Below are positions 41,072 to 51,380 of a DNA stretch of 64,000 nt, in pieces (the first letter of the stretch is position 1; each line of letters starts with the position of its first letter). Made by a program: the position numbers and the translations under genes. The stretch is from Escherichia phage V18: the sequence record NC_041937.1, one strand, 5' to 3'. Below the pieces are notes generated by a model that had not been told where the DNA came from, ran no database searches, and was given only the letters and a program-made list of their open reading frames with translations.

Positions 41072-41983
41072 TTATTTCCCGTTAACTTTGTCGTAGTTTC
41101 CCTGTTCAGATGGGACTATGGTAGAAGGTCTTCCATATTCCTGATAATACCAATCCGCAGCCGATTGGGTAACACCGTTTTCATCTGTCCACATCATAGA
41201 TTTATATGGCTGCCACTCCTCTGCAGCATTTGTGGATGCAGTGTCTGCAAATGCCCCTGTGTCCCTCTTGTTACCTACGTTACTACCATTCTTACAGTCG
41301 TTGACAGCACCTTTTTGTTGGGTCTTGCCTACTTTCTTAGGGTTGCTGTATACGGTTGCATTAACAACCTTGTTCAAGTAGAATGTGCGGAACTCTGTAA
41401 GTTCTACATCAAACACCATTGCAGCACCTTCACCAACAGACTTGCTGGCAGAAAGGCTGGTTATGATGTAGTTCTCAAGAAGTCTCTCCTCGGTAACCAA
41501 AGAAACCAACTGTCGCTTATTAATGATCTCAGTCAAAGCCTCCAGTGCGGCACCTGGTCGCATAGATGCTGCAGGGTTTTTAGAGTCAGTATTCCTATCG
41601 ATGTAGTTTTGCTCATAGATTATATGTGGGGATGTATTTACCCTACCAGTAAAAGAAAATACACCATCTTTAATCACAGCGTGGTCTGACAGGGTAGATT
41701 TATCTTCCACCGCAAACCCCGTCTTATCAACAGAGTGTTTGAAAGAGTAATTCTCAACCTGATCGAAGATAATGGCAAGATCGTTAGTGAAGTTTTTACC
41801 CTTCATCTCTATGTTGCGACCGCCATAGTTAAGACCGCTGACAAACATAGTGTACTTTACATCGCTTTCGGTTTGCTGCTCTGCCTTTTCAGCCTTTGGA
41901 GATTTAACCTCTCGAGGCTTGTACAGGTCTTTTTCATCAACTATGTTACTTTGCATAACCTCTCCAGGACACTCCGATACCAT
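41072..41983 (-). CDS. structural protein
   Basis: 303-aa ORF. Confidence 0.4.
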   Translation of the reverse strand: MVSECPGEVMQSNIVDEKDLYKPREVKSPKAEKAEQQTESDVKYTMFVSGLNYGGRNIEMKGKNFTNDLAIIFDQVENYSFKHSVDKTGFAVEDKSTLSDHAVIKDGVFSFTGRVNTSPHIIYEQNYIDRNTDSKNPAASMRPGAALEALTEIINKRQLVSLVTEERLLENYIITSLSASKSVGEGAAMVFDVELTEFRTFYLNKVVNATVYSNPKKVGKTQQKGAVNDCKNGSNVGNKRDTGAFADTASTNAAEEWQPYKSMMWTDENGVTQSAADWYYQEYGRPSTIVPSEQGNYDKVNGK

Positions 41984-42022
41984 TTAAATATTGTATCATA
42001 AAATAGCCGTTTTTACAACACT

Positions 42023-42049
42023 GATAAAATAAAGGGGGCCAGAGCCCCT
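42023..42049 (-). terminator. putative rho-independent terminator
   Basis: AGGGG-n7-CCCCT hairpin plus U-run on minus strand downstream of 42060. Confidence 0.45.
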
Positions 42050-42059
42050 GCACAGTTTA

Positions 42060-43559
42060 TTACCAAAGGTCGGTAGACATGAAGTTGATATCTTTGCTGT
42101 TCTCCCACTCAAGTTTTGCATCAAGTATTTTGCTAAACTCACCCTCATCTATGGAAAGCGTGATTTTCCCATCACTGATCTCTAAAGGTAGCATTTCCAT
42201 AGTTCTTAATTGAGAAGCAAAACCAGGGCCACCTGGCAACGGAAGAGTCCCGCCCGGCAAAGTGTCCAAAGGATTAACAAACCCGTTACCTCCCGATATG
42301 ATATCTTTGCGAATCATATCGCTGATAGTATCCAGTTGCTGATTTCTTTCACTCAGTGGGTTGAAACGGTCATTAAATAATTCCCCGGCGCTTAATATTG
42401 TACCGATAATGCCCAGCTTGCCGAGCAGACCAACTTTACCACCAGGTGTCTTGAGGCCACCTCCACCTTTTCCTGCCGCGCCACCACTACTAGATCCTTC
42501 TGCAGTAGCGGCACCCGCTGCTCCAGCTGCACCCCTTAGAGAGTTAAGGAATTTAAAGGTTTTTACAAGCATAGATGCCATGACAAAACCTTTTGTTAGG
42601 GCGTTGACTACCAGCATGATGGCAGCAGCAAACCCTGCCCATTTAGCATAGCTAAAGGTGTCATGAAGCTCTTCAGAATATTCCTTCGTCTTAGCTGTTA
42701 TGAATCCCCATTTAATCCCCCATTCAAGGAAAAACATGCGGATCTTGACTATAGTGTTGTTTAGTTCACCAACTACCCAGTTAAGGCCTCTCACAAACCC
42801 ACTAACAAAATCACCAGAGGCATCCCACACAAATTGCAGAGTCTCACCAGTGCGGATTAATGTATAATAGAACTCTGTTAGTTCGTCAGACCAACGGGTG
42901 AACAGTTTCTGACGAGTCAGTTCGATGAAGGTTTTCAGTCTGTTTTCTGCCAGCACGTTAGACTTCTGCATTCTTTCATAACCAGCTGCAGATGCCTCGT
43001 TCATGTACTTAGCCACATACTTCATGATCTTGGCTGTTTTAACCTCACCTTTCTTCATCATGTCCATGAACTGATCCATGGATAGTTCAGAAAGACCAAA
43101 AGCCTCTTTAGTGGCCTTGATAAAAGGTTCGTATGCACCAGGCAAGGCTTCAGCAAGTTGTTGCTTCAGTTCTTCGGACATTACTTGTCCCTTGCCAAGC
43201 ATCTGTTGGATTGCCATAATACCGCGCTGGTATTTTACCTCATCAGCACCATAAGCAGCAGCATACTGGGAGTATGCAGAAAACAGCTCATGCACTTCCT
43301 GATTTGTCATCTGGTTTTTGGCGTTTACCGACATCTGGGCGTAACCTTGAAGACCAGATTTGAGATCAAAACCAAGACGCATAGCCTCTTGCTGGACAAA
43401 CGCAACCTCACTGTTGGCTTTGTTTGGATCTCCAGTAACAGCAGTAAGAGCAGCACTTGCCCCCTCCATCATGTGACCGGATCTGTTAACCGCAGCAAAT
43501 CCAGAAAAAGCTGTATACGCAGCTGTTGCATTAATAACAGATCTACGTAAGTCTCTCAT
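42060..43559 (-). CDS. tape measure protein (C-terminal part or whole)
   Basis: 499-aa ORF; helical, Gly/Ala-rich internal tract, position between chaperones and baseplate. Confidence 0.5.
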   Translation of the reverse strand: MRDLRRSVINATAAYTAFSGFAAVNRSGHMMEGASAALTAVTGDPNKANSEVAFVQQEAMRLGFDLKSGLQGYAQMSVNAKNQMTNQEVHELFSAYSQYAAAYGADEVKYQRGIMAIQQMLGKGQVMSEELKQQLAEALPGAYEPFIKATKEAFGLSELSMDQFMDMMKKGEVKTAKIMKYVAKYMNEASAAGYERMQKSNVLAENRLKTFIELTRQKLFTRWSDELTEFYYTLIRTGETLQFVWDASGDFVSGFVRGLNWVVGELNNTIVKIRMFFLEWGIKWGFITAKTKEYSEELHDTFSYAKWAGFAAAIMLVVNALTKGFVMASMLVKTFKFLNSLRGAAGAAGAATAEGSSSGGAAGKGGGGLKTPGGKVGLLGKLGIIGTILSAGELFNDRFNPLSERNQQLDTISDMIRKDIISGGNGFVNPLDTLPGGTLPLPGGPGFASQLRTMEMLPLEISDGKITLSIDEGEFSKILDAKLEWENSKDINFMSTDLW

Positions 43560-44395
43560 GCATCGCCTAGTGTAAGCGTTTGGCTGGTGGCACTTTTAAA
43601 TCCAGACTGCAGTGCTGACAGGTGGGCGTTAAAGGTTGACTTTTTCATCTCCCCGCGAGCAAACCTGGACTCTAACTCTGAGTATCCTGGCAAGCTTCCA
43701 CGGAATCCGGCCCCATACTTGGCAGAAAGTCTTATCGCGGAGTTGTAGAGGTGGGTTCTTCTTGCCTCACGATCCGACATAAGCCTATTATCCATACCAG
43801 CTTTACCGTCCCTTCTTAGCTGTCTATGATAACGATTCATAGCAGCTGTCTGAGCTTTTACAAGATTAGGGTCGGAAGCCACACCACCCATATTAGGGTT
43901 ACCGGGGATATATTTGAAAGCTTTGGCATTAGCCAGAACTCTTGCCTTAGGTGCCTTATAACCGCCGTAAGACACTGGTGCAGATTTGGCAGCCTTTTTG
44001 GCCTCTTTAGCTTGCTGCTGGTAGAACTTACGCATCCTAGCCATTTCTGGATTTTTAGCGGTAAGATTACCTACAGCTTGTTTACGTCTCGCATTCTCCC
44101 TACGTTCTATTGCAGCCCTTACTGCAGCCTCTTTCTTGGCCTGTGCTACGCTCTCCCTGTGCAGCTTAGCATTTGCCTGAGATTGCTGTCTGGCAACCCG
44201 CTGCATTGTCTGCTGGGTTTTAACAGCTACCGCCTGCCATCTACTCATGGGGTTGGCTGAGTTAAAATCCTCACCTAGTTTCCTGAACTCCCTCCCAATA
44301 CTGCGAATTTTCTCTACAGCTTTTTTGTAGGAGGAGTTCTCTATCTCAAAGCCAATCTTGTTGACTGTTGTGGCAACTATTTTGTTTGTAGCCAT
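43556..44395 (-). CDS. basic coiled-coil protein, possibly N-terminal part of tape measure
   Basis: 279-aa K/R/A/Q-rich ORF; ATGA overlap with 42060..43559. Confidence 0.45.
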   Translation of the reverse strand: MATNKIVATTVNKIGFEIENSSYKKAVEKIRSIGREFRKLGEDFNSANPMSRWQAVAVKTQQTMQRVARQQSQANAKLHRESVAQAKKEAAVRAAIERRENARRKQAVGNLTAKNPEMARMRKFYQQQAKEAKKAAKSAPVSYGGYKAPKARVLANAKAFKYIPGNPNMGGVASDPNLVKAQTAAMNRYHRQLRRDGKAGMDNRLMSDREARRTHLYNSAIRLSAKYGAGFRGSLPGYSELESRFARGEMKKSTFNAHLSALQSGFKSATSQTLTLGDA

Positions 44396-44402
44396 GGTTT
44401 CC

Positions 44403-44445
44403 TCATAATAAAAAGGGCCAGATCCCAGAAAAGGAATCCGGCCCT
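44403..44445 (-). terminator. putative terminator hairpin
   Basis: Imperfect 9-bp stem plus U-run on minus strand downstream of 44450. Confidence 0.4.
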
Positions 44446-44449
44446 TAGA

Positions 44450-44698
44450 TTATCCTCTCCTGCGCTTAGCTTTCGCAGCAGCTGCGGCAGCCTTCTGCTC
44501 CCGCTCCATTTCCCTGTTTTGGACGGTATCTAGGAATTCTTCGATATCAAGATACTCACAGAGCTTCAGGAAATACGCCATATCTGCAAGATTTAGCGAT
44601 TCAAAATTTTCCCCTTTGAAATTCTTGAGCACCCTGCACCAAAGAAAGTCGAACCAGTTGAGTGAACTGTTCTTGGCTGCCCACTCACTGGCCCTCAC
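44450..44698 (-). CDS. tail assembly chaperone, tentative
   Basis: 82-aa ORF downstream of 157-aa ORF, in the position of a chaperone pair. Confidence 0.35.
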   Translation of the reverse strand: MRASEWAAKNSSLNWFDFLWCRVLKNFKGENFESLNLADMAYFLKLCEYLDIEEFLDTVQNREMEREQKAAAAAAKAKRRRG

Positions 44699-44709
44699 AA
44701 CAACCTTAC

Positions 44710-45183
44710 TTATTCCTGCTCTTCCGGAGTCTGATCCAGGTTGTTCACCTGCTGAATCATACCCATCTGCTGTAACATCTCCAGAAGGCTTCCTAAACCG
44801 TCTTGTGTGAAAAAACAGCCGTAGTTAACCTCCAGAACCTTACCTGCCAGCTTAATCATCTCCAGCAGATGCCCTGCAAACACAACATCTGGGTTAAGCT
44901 TATCCACACCATCTACGGTAATATCTTCGAACAAGATTTTAAATAACTCTTCAATAGAGCTATCATCAAGTTCTTGGAACAGGTAAGCCAGAGCAGTAGG
45001 AAGGACCTCTGCCATATTCTGACCACCAGAGATAATAGATCCACCGATAGCACCTAGCGGGACAGCCACAATCTTACCGATTTTAGGCATGTTTTTCATT
45101 GCTTTCATCGGTCCCCAGTGGGTGATCACAAAGTTGTGCCCTGCTAAATCAATCTCTGTTGTAGGTCTAAAGTTTATAGCCAT
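44710..45183 (-). CDS. tail assembly chaperone, tentative
   Basis: 157-aa acidic ORF between tube and tape measure genes. Confidence 0.4.
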   Translation of the reverse strand: MAINFRPTTEIDLAGHNFVITHWGPMKAMKNMPKIGKIVAVPLGAIGGSIISGGQNMAEVLPTALAYLFQELDDSSIEELFKILFEDITVDGVDKLNPDVVFAGHLLEMIKLAGKVLEVNYGCFFTQDGLGSLLEMLQQMGMIQQVNNLDQTPEEQE

Positions 45184-45299
45184 TTTATAGCATCCTTATT
45201 AGTCATGTTGTGCACCATATTTGTGTATTTTACCATGATTATGGTGCATTGTCAATTTAACCTTTCAAGCAATTCAAGAACGTGTGTCAAAACCATAAA

Positions 45300-45327
45300 A
45301 GCAAAAAGCCCCACCCGAAGGTGAGGC
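45300..45327 (-). terminator. rho-independent terminator after tube gene
   Basis: 8-bp stem (one mismatch), CGAA loop, U-run on minus strand. Confidence 0.5.
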
Positions 45328-45345
45328 TTATGCTAAAGTGTGCCC

Positions 45346-45819
45346 TTAGATAATACCTGCAAGACCTGCGAGGCCAGTAAGAGCACCAGTGATGTTATCA
45401 CGGTTGAGCCATGCATCCAGAATACCGATATCCCAGTCCAGCTGACCTACTTCGGTTCCGTAAGTCAGGTCAGGCTGTTTCTGGATCCAACCAATTGTGG
45501 AAATACCAGGGCCCTGGCTACCTTCCAGCAGAACCGGGAAGAATACCAGGCCAGTAATCGATGCCTGTTTCTGCCAGTCAGAAAGGTAAGCGTTCCATAC
45601 AGAAGTGTTCTGCAAAGACACGGTCATAACACCAGATTGGTTACGAGACAGAGCTGCAGACATTTCACCATCCACACCGACGTGAGGATAAATGTTGTCT
45701 TCGTTTCTTGAAACAACAATCTTGGTGTCAGCAGCGAAGCCAGTGACACGCTGCTGCATCAGATACAGTTTGACCTTTTTAGGGTCATACGCATAAGGAG
45801 TTAAAATTTGAGTTTCCAT
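45346..45819 (-). CDS. tail tube-like protein
   Basis: 157-aa ORF, codon usage of a highly expressed gene, directly downstream of sheath-like gene. Confidence 0.5.
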   Translation of the reverse strand: METQILTPYAYDPKKVKLYLMQQRVTGFAADTKIVVSRNEDNIYPHVGVDGEMSAALSRNQSGVMTVSLQNTSVWNAYLSDWQKQASITGLVFFPVLLEGSQGPGISTIGWIQKQPDLTYGTEVGQLDWDIGILDAWLNRDNITGALTGLAGLAGII

Positions 45820-45829
45820 CTAGGCTTCC

Positions 45830-47206
45830 TTATTCAGTCATTGCAACAGCATTGGTGGATTTAGAACCAACTTTGTCCAGAAGGACGTTGATCCGGATAC
45901 GAACGAAGTGCAGGGCGTTGTTATACACCAGTTCTACTTTCACACCTTCCAGAACACGAGCAGCCAACTGATTGGTTGGAATCTCTGCACGTTTAGGAAC
46001 TGTGATGATCGGGTCGTAGAACACATTGTTGTCTTCGTCAAAACCTGTCAGGATCGCACCATTCTTAATGCCAGTGTTGATTGGGTTGTTCATCAGGACA
46101 GACTTGATAACCGGAAGATCATCATCAGACATCTTCATGCTTAAACCCATGTTGGAGCGACGATGCATGTACCCAAACATAGATTCTTCAGATCTGAACT
46201 TGATCCAGTGTGCAAAACGAATAGCGTCTGCATACTGACCTGAAGCACACTTGCCTTCCCAGAAAGCACCAACACCGTTAATCATTCTGTAGAAGTTAAC
46301 GTGGTTTTCCCAAATCGCCATACGCTGAGTTAAAGTCATAGATGGTGCAATCACACCCGGCATCTGTTTTAAGTGCAAGCTGTCACCGTAAGACGGATCG
46401 TTGGATGCCATAGCGCCTACGATACCACCCTCTGGAAAATCTTTATCAGCACGAGGATCGTACATGCCAACACTGTCATATTGTGCAGCCATCAGTTTGG
46501 TGGCAATGTTATTATCTTTACCAGTCACATCTTCTGCAGTAGAGTAGACATGCAGCTTGTAGTTAGCCTGAGCCCACTTAGCACATGCTTCAATGTCGGT
46601 GTGGTCTTCATGGCACAGGAAGTACCAATTGTCACGCTCAGCATTGATCTTATCAACTACTGTAGAAGGTTTTTCAGCATTGGCGATATTTTTGATTGTA
46701 TAGTTACCAGTATGGTAACCAACAGTACAGTCACCCGTGATGGTGATAACACCTTCAGAAGCCTCTACAGTGATATCGTCCAAGTTATCATCTGCTTCGA
46801 TTTTAGTCTTCATTGACTCTGCAATCTGAGTTGCACCTGTTCCACCAGAGATAGGCACTATCAAAGAAGTATTGTAGCTACCTTTTGCAATAGTCATTAC
46901 GACATCGGTATCAGCTGCGGCAGCAATACCTTTAAAATCTACAGTGGTCTTTTCTTTGGCCTGTCTGCCGATCATAACGTATTGTGGAGGGAATACACCA
47001 CCAAAAGCTTTTGCTGCAAACTCATACGCTGCAGAGCCTTGTGCGAAACCATCTTCCACCATCTGATCCAGCTCTGCATATACGCGAGCTCGCTCAGTAA
47101 AGTTGTTGTGGATAGCGATGAACAGGGGAGTTTCGAAACCTACAGTGTCAATAGGCTGGGTTCCGAGGTTAACTGTAACATCTACCACTTTATCTAAATA
47201 TGGCAT
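45830..47206 (-). CDS. tail sheath-like protein
   Basis: 458-aa ORF, codon usage of a highly expressed gene; order large protein, 157-aa protein, chaperones, tape measure; gp25-like gene supports a contractile tail. Confidence 0.5.
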   Translation of the reverse strand: MPYLDKVVDVTVNLGTQPIDTVGFETPLFIAIHNNFTERARVYAELDQMVEDGFAQGSAAYEFAAKAFGGVFPPQYVMIGRQAKEKTTVDFKGIAAAADTDVVMTIAKGSYNTSLIVPISGGTGATQIAESMKTKIEADDNLDDITVEASEGVITITGDCTVGYHTGNYTIKNIANAEKPSTVVDKINAERDNWYFLCHEDHTDIEACAKWAQANYKLHVYSTAEDVTGKDNNIATKLMAAQYDSVGMYDPRADKDFPEGGIVGAMASNDPSYGDSLHLKQMPGVIAPSMTLTQRMAIWENHVNFYRMINGVGAFWEGKCASGQYADAIRFAHWIKFRSEESMFGYMHRRSNMGLSMKMSDDDLPVIKSVLMNNPINTGIKNGAILTGFDEDNNVFYDPIITVPKRAEIPTNQLAARVLEGVKVELVYNNALHFVRIRINVLLDKVGSKSTNAVAMTE

Positions 47207-47445
47207 TTGTTTCCTCTTAATATCTGTGCACGGATATCAAACACGCAGTGTAATCATTACACTACACAATTATAACGATTACTGACCACTGTCTGTAACC
47301 GCTTTACCAGAATTGGGTGAAGGGAAGTGTGTGGTTATTTCAGCCTTAATTCCCTGAAGATCCTCAAAAGCCCCAATGTCTGTTTCAACAAACCTTACGT
47401 TAAATGTCAGCATCACAGTGGCTCTATTTTCATACGTCTGCTTAT

Positions 47446-47829
47446 TCAACGGCACTCTTTGAGGTGAGATTGTTGAATTGTTAGAGTAGGCAAAGCACGA
47501 TCCAGAGGGAAATACTTATCATAAAACATTGGAAGGTTTATTGCTTGCAATACTCTGCTAAGTGCAGCATATGCCCTGCCACGATAAGCTGTTAGCAGAT
47601 AGGTAACAGTGTAACTGTGGGTGACACAAGCATTACCCTCCGCATCTTGAAACTCATTATCTTCCCAAGTGGTAGGATTGATCGCCAAGGTTTGTAAAAG
47701 TACAAACTCACCTTCCGGCTTCGGTATGGTAGAGCTTTCTGCCAGAACTACAGTTCTTCCTGTGGCAACCTTGACGAGCTTAGCAATGGTTGTTTCAAGA
47801 TCAGAAAAAACTTTTTCGAAAGCTTCCAT
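47446..47829 (-). CDS. neck/tail completion protein
   Basis: 127-aa ORF. Confidence 0.4.
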   Translation of the reverse strand: MEAFEKVFSDLETTIAKLVKVATGRTVVLAESSTIPKPEGEFVLLQTLAINPTTWEDNEFQDAEGNACVTHSYTVTYLLTAYRGRAYAALSRVLQAINLPMFYDKYFPLDRALPTLTIQQSHLKECR

Positions 47830-48254
47830 CAGTTTTCTCCTTCAGGCTCTTCTACCACAAAAAATCTATATCTCCCACCACCAGAGGTAACATATGCATC
47901 GCATTTTAAAACGGTAAACCATTTCAAGTCACCACGGATGTCAGGAAGTTGAATTTGATCAGCCATTGCATATGTTCCTTCATCCGGACTATACAACTTG
48001 GTTGAGGAGTAAACTGTAAAAGCCTCGTACTGTCTGTCACCTTCAGGATTTATTTGAGAGGAGTAATCTTTAGCTGCCCTTCCTGTCAACGGCTGCACAA
48101 CACACTCTAAGACATCAAACTCTTCATACTCAAGCTCTAACCCCTCGTTGGCAAAAGGACCACCAACTGTTTTGTTATACACTCTGTGGCGACCTTTGAA
48201 TGTTTTACGAGGTATTAGTCTGTTCTTTCCTATCAGCTTATAACCTGCTGCCAC
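47829..48254 (-). CDS. neck/tail completion protein
   Basis: 141-aa ORF. Confidence 0.4.
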   Translation of the reverse strand: MAAGYKLIGKNRLIPRKTFKGRHRVYNKTVGGPFANEGLELEYEEFDVLECVVQPLTGRAAKDYSSQINPEGDRQYEAFTVYSSTKLYSPDEGTYAMADQIQLPDIRGDLKWFTVLKCDAYVTSGGGRYRFFVVEEPEGEN

Positions 48255-48269
48255 TCAACCCCCTTATTT

Positions 48270-48740
48270 TTACTGTCCGATTTTAAAGGTTGCAGATTCA
48301 AGCAGCACATCGTAATGCCGCATAGCCTCGTTGAAGCCCTTTTCTTGTGCCCACTGCTCACTAACAGTAGGATTACTAAACTGCCCAGCCTCAATAACAA
48401 ACTGGATAGCTTTGGCCCCTGTGTCCCCCATCTGCTTAAGAATAGCCTCTGCACTTGATCCTCTAGCCATAGCTCTCAACAATTTTTCTGTCAAGGTCTG
48501 TAGTTGAGCACTGTGAAATGCAAAGGCTGTCTCCATGAAATTGCGAACAGGCAGCCCGTTCCAACCGAAGTTGTGAATGGCTGCCAATGTTGCCATATTT
48601 AAGCCTGACGGGTGAGGTTCGTCATAAAAGCCGTAGGTTATTGTTTTGCTTTCAAGTCTCACAAGATCTTTGTAGAAGCGATCTAAACGCTTTAGGTTGA
48701 ACCTTGTTTGACACTTAACCTTTAGCATTATATCCCTCAC
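48270..48740 (-). CDS. head-tail joining protein
   Basis: 156-aa ORF. Confidence 0.4.
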   Translation of the reverse strand: MRDIMLKVKCQTRFNLKRLDRFYKDLVRLESKTITYGFYDEPHPSGLNMATLAAIHNFGWNGLPVRNFMETAFAFHSAQLQTLTEKLLRAMARGSSAEAILKQMGDTGAKAIQFVIEAGQFSNPTVSEQWAQEKGFNEAMRHYDVLLESATFKIGQ

Positions 48741-48781
48741 TAATGTATTTTACCACAAAGATACATCAAAAGCAACAGTTT

Positions 48782-49402
48782 TTAAAAACTGCGTTTGCGT
48801 CTTGGGTGGCGAGGAGGTTGATTATTTAGACCACTGATAGGTGTAATCCCCTGGACATCAAACGGTCCGTTGCTGTTTTCATTAAATTTAACCCGAATTC
48901 CTTCGTCTACACGAACACCACCAATGATAATCATTCTGCTGTAAGCATCCAGTTCAGAATCTACATAGTCAGGGTGTGCCAGCAGCCAATCAAGGAAATC
49001 TTTCCATTGGGCGTAGGAAGATCCACCACGAATCTCTATGGTCTCATCACCTATTTTTTCCAGACGGGAAGTTATACTTGCATTACCGCTGGACACTTCC
49101 TGCATCATCAGCCACCGCACAAGCTGCACAAGCACATTGTACTTAAGCAGAGGTAGCTTATCAGGGTCTGCTGGATAATTTAGTTTCAGCTTCTCCATGT
49201 CAAGGAATGTTTTAATTACCTCGTCAGGGAGGGTTTCCTCATCAACATTGCCAAGCAACAACCTCATAATATTAATAAGGGGTTGGTCTGGATCAGGTTC
49301 CGGAGGTACAGGATCTTCTTTTGGTGGTTCTTCTGGGGTATCAACTACACCATCATGGTTAGGCGGGGACGGGATAATCTCTTCATCTTCATACCATGCC
49401 AT
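48782..49402 (-). CDS. hypothetical head/neck protein
   Basis: Start moved to ATG 49402 (MAWYEDEE) with GAGG RBS; track start 49459 overlaps a hairpin. Confidence 0.4.
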   Translation of the reverse strand: MAWYEDEEIIPSPPNHDGVVDTPEEPPKEDPVPPEPDPDQPLINIMRLLLGNVDEETLPDEVIKTFLDMEKLKLNYPADPDKLPLLKYNVLVQLVRWLMMQEVSSGNASITSRLEKIGDETIEIRGGSSYAQWKDFLDWLLAHPDYVDSELDAYSRMIIIGGVRVDEGIRVKFNENSNGPFDVQGITPISGLNNQPPRHPRRKRSF

Positions 49403-49461
49403 TTGAAAATACCTCGTAAAAATAAAGCCCCATTCCTGATTTGGAAGGGGCCTTAACAAAA

Positions 49462-49914
49462 TTATGCCAGTGCAGCCTCAAAATCTTTCATCATATTTTG
49501 GAAAGTTTTTGCCTTACTTAAGGTAACACCGTACTCTTTGGCGAAGGTTTGGAGTGCATCTTTTGAACCACTTTTGTCATCTTCGTTGTTAAGAGCTGCT
49601 GCCTGCTGTAGTATGGCATCAACATCACTGCGAGAAGATCTTGATTCTTGTGCCTGTTCAGGATCCTGCTCAGTGCCTTCCTCAGGTACAGTCGGGCCTT
49701 GAGATTCTTCACCACCACCAGGTTCAGTAGGACCTACAGGCGGCTCCGGCTCTGGTTCAGGCGGTGGAGCTACCGTAGAGGTCAGTCCAAGATTCACAAC
49801 CTGAGAACGTTTCTTAGGCCACTCAATGGTGAAAGTTTGGGTATCTTCTTCATAAACAATGCTGCATTGCTCATCGTTTATGGTCACTTTTTTAGGCATC
49901 CCTACAGGTCCCAT
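49462..49914 (-). CDS. Pro/Glu-rich head-associated protein
   Basis: 150-aa ORF. Confidence 0.4.
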   Translation of the reverse strand: MGPVGMPKKVTINDEQCSIVYEEDTQTFTIEWPKKRSQVVNLGLTSTVAPPPEPEPEPPVGPTEPGGGEESQGPTVPEEGTEQDPEQAQESRSSRSDVDAILQQAAALNNEDDKSGSKDALQTFAKEYGVTLSKAKTFQNMMKDFEAALA

Positions 49915-50306
49915 AGATGGCCCTCTGCCACGGAAACTTGGAAAGCAGCGTCTACCTCTTTAAACACTGACGGGGTGAGTGTAATATTGACATCCCCGCT
50001 TTGCAGTGTTAAAGTGCTTTCATCAAGGTTCTCTGTGAAGAACAGAAGAATAACACCCATACGGATAGTTGAAATACCAGTATCAATTGGCAGGCCTGTA
50101 TGTTTTGCAATCTTCTCGAAGAAGTCTACAATCGTTCTGCATGGATAGTGAACACTGCCAATAACGAACTCTGTTGGTGGCAGCAAGGCTGATAAACCGA
50201 CATTGATTTCTGGATTATATTGTGCTAAAAATTGATAAAAACTTAACTGATTGTTGAAAACTCTTAATAGAGGATCATACTCAACTGGGTAGACGGTTCG
50301 CTTCAC
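49902..50306 (-). CDS. head completion/connector protein
   Basis: 134-aa ORF. Confidence 0.4.
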   Translation of the reverse strand: MKRTVYPVEYDPLLRVFNNQLSFYQFLAQYNPEINVGLSALLPPTEFVIGSVHYPCRTIVDFFEKIAKHTGLPIDTGISTIRMGVILLFFTENLDESTLTLQSGDVNITLTPSVFKEVDAAFQVSVAEGHLWDL

Positions 50307-50326
50307 GGGACACTCCTGTTAAACCC

Positions 50327-50362
50327 TAATAAATAAAAAGGGGAGGGGGAGAACCCCCTCCC
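50327..50362 (-). terminator. strong rho-independent terminator after capsid gene
   Basis: GGGAGGGGG-AGAA-CCCCCTCCC hairpin plus long U-run on minus strand. Confidence 0.55.
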
Positions 50363-50387
50363 CATATGGGATGAATCACCTCAGTGA

Positions 50388-51212
50388 TTATTCACCACCT
50401 TTCAGAGTTGCTTTAACAACCAGCTCTGGACGGGTGTTAACTGCCAGCATGGAAGTTTCAGATTCAATCTTCTCTTCACGCAGGTATGCAGAGTGTTTAT
50501 ACCACATGTACAGTTCCTGTGCTGGAGTGTTTGCTTCGTTAACATCGTCTGCCGGAGCAAAGTGCAGCTGGAACATCTGATCAATACCCATCGGCAGAAT
50601 GCGAGCTTCTTTCTTAGGAATATTGCCAGAGATATCTTCGATAAAGGTGATACCTTTATGCTCAAACACACGGTATACGCTGTCTTGACCGCCAGCACCC
50701 AGACGGCGACGCAGAGGTTCCTGAGCAGAGCCGTAATAGGTGTATGCCAGTTCTACCAGAGGGTCATACTGACAGGTTGTGTCACCAGGTGCATAGGATT
50801 TACCCAGAATAGCCTGGAACAGCGCTTTCTCACGCAGTGCTTCATGAGAAACACGGATACGGCGAACAACGCGGGTTACTACGTCCTGAACAGTTTTCGG
50901 AGCATCAGGTGTGAAGTAACGACGGAAGTTCTGAACATCTGCTGCGGTGATGCCTTTGTCCAGAGGGAAGAACGGGATGTTCAGGTTTTTAACCTGAGCA
51001 CGTTCACTACCAACGTAGTTACGCTCACCACCACGACGGCGTGCCGGAATGTCGGTTACAACTTCATCAACACGCTCAATCTGAGCAATTGTTGAGGTGC
51101 CGAGACGGGTTTCGAACAGATCCATACCAGTAATCAGGCGGAATTGACGCGGAACAAGGTCCAGAGTAGCACCTAAATCAACAATGCCAAATTCATCTTT
51201 ACGAGTAATCAT
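50388..51212 (-). CDS. putative major capsid protein
   Basis: 274-aa ORF, codon usage of a highly expressed gene, strong terminator downstream, position after portal/scaffold; short for an HK97-fold capsid protein. Confidence 0.45.
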   Translation of the reverse strand: MITRKDEFGIVDLGATLDLVPRQFRLITGMDLFETRLGTSTIAQIERVDEVVTDIPARRRGGERNYVGSERAQVKNLNIPFFPLDKGITAADVQNFRRYFTPDAPKTVQDVVTRVVRRIRVSHEALREKALFQAILGKSYAPGDTTCQYDPLVELAYTYYGSAQEPLRRRLGAGGQDSVYRVFEHKGITFIEDISGNIPKKEARILPMGIDQMFQLHFAPADDVNEANTPAQELYMWYKHSAYLREEKIESETSMLAVNTRPELVVKATLKGGE

Positions 51213-51296
51213 TTATTTCTCCAAAGTAAAATTGTAGCCAGCATCGCTAGAATCAACTTTGCCGAGCACGATATCAGAATATTGAGCGGTAATCAT
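51213..51296 (-). CDS. 27-aa upstream ORF duplicating the capsid gene initiation region
   Basis: GAAATAAATGATTAC occurs twice (51205..51219 and 51289..51303); uORF MITAQYSDIVLGKVDSSDAGYNFTLEK ends TAA immediately before the capsid ATG. Confidence 0.3.
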   Translation of the reverse strand: MITAQYSDIVLGKVDSSDAGYNFTLEK

Positions 51297-51380
51297 TTAT
51301 TTCCCCCGTTAAACTCTTATGCTTCAGCAGATCCAGATACTCTTTAGTTTTGGTTGCGTCCCTTGATCAGGTTCCCTTCT

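Noticed and set aside
44450-45183. Programmed -1 frameshift joining the two tail assembly chaperone ORFs
   Set aside because: The two ORFs are separated by an 11-nt gap and I could not find an overlapping frame or slippery heptamer; left as separate genes.
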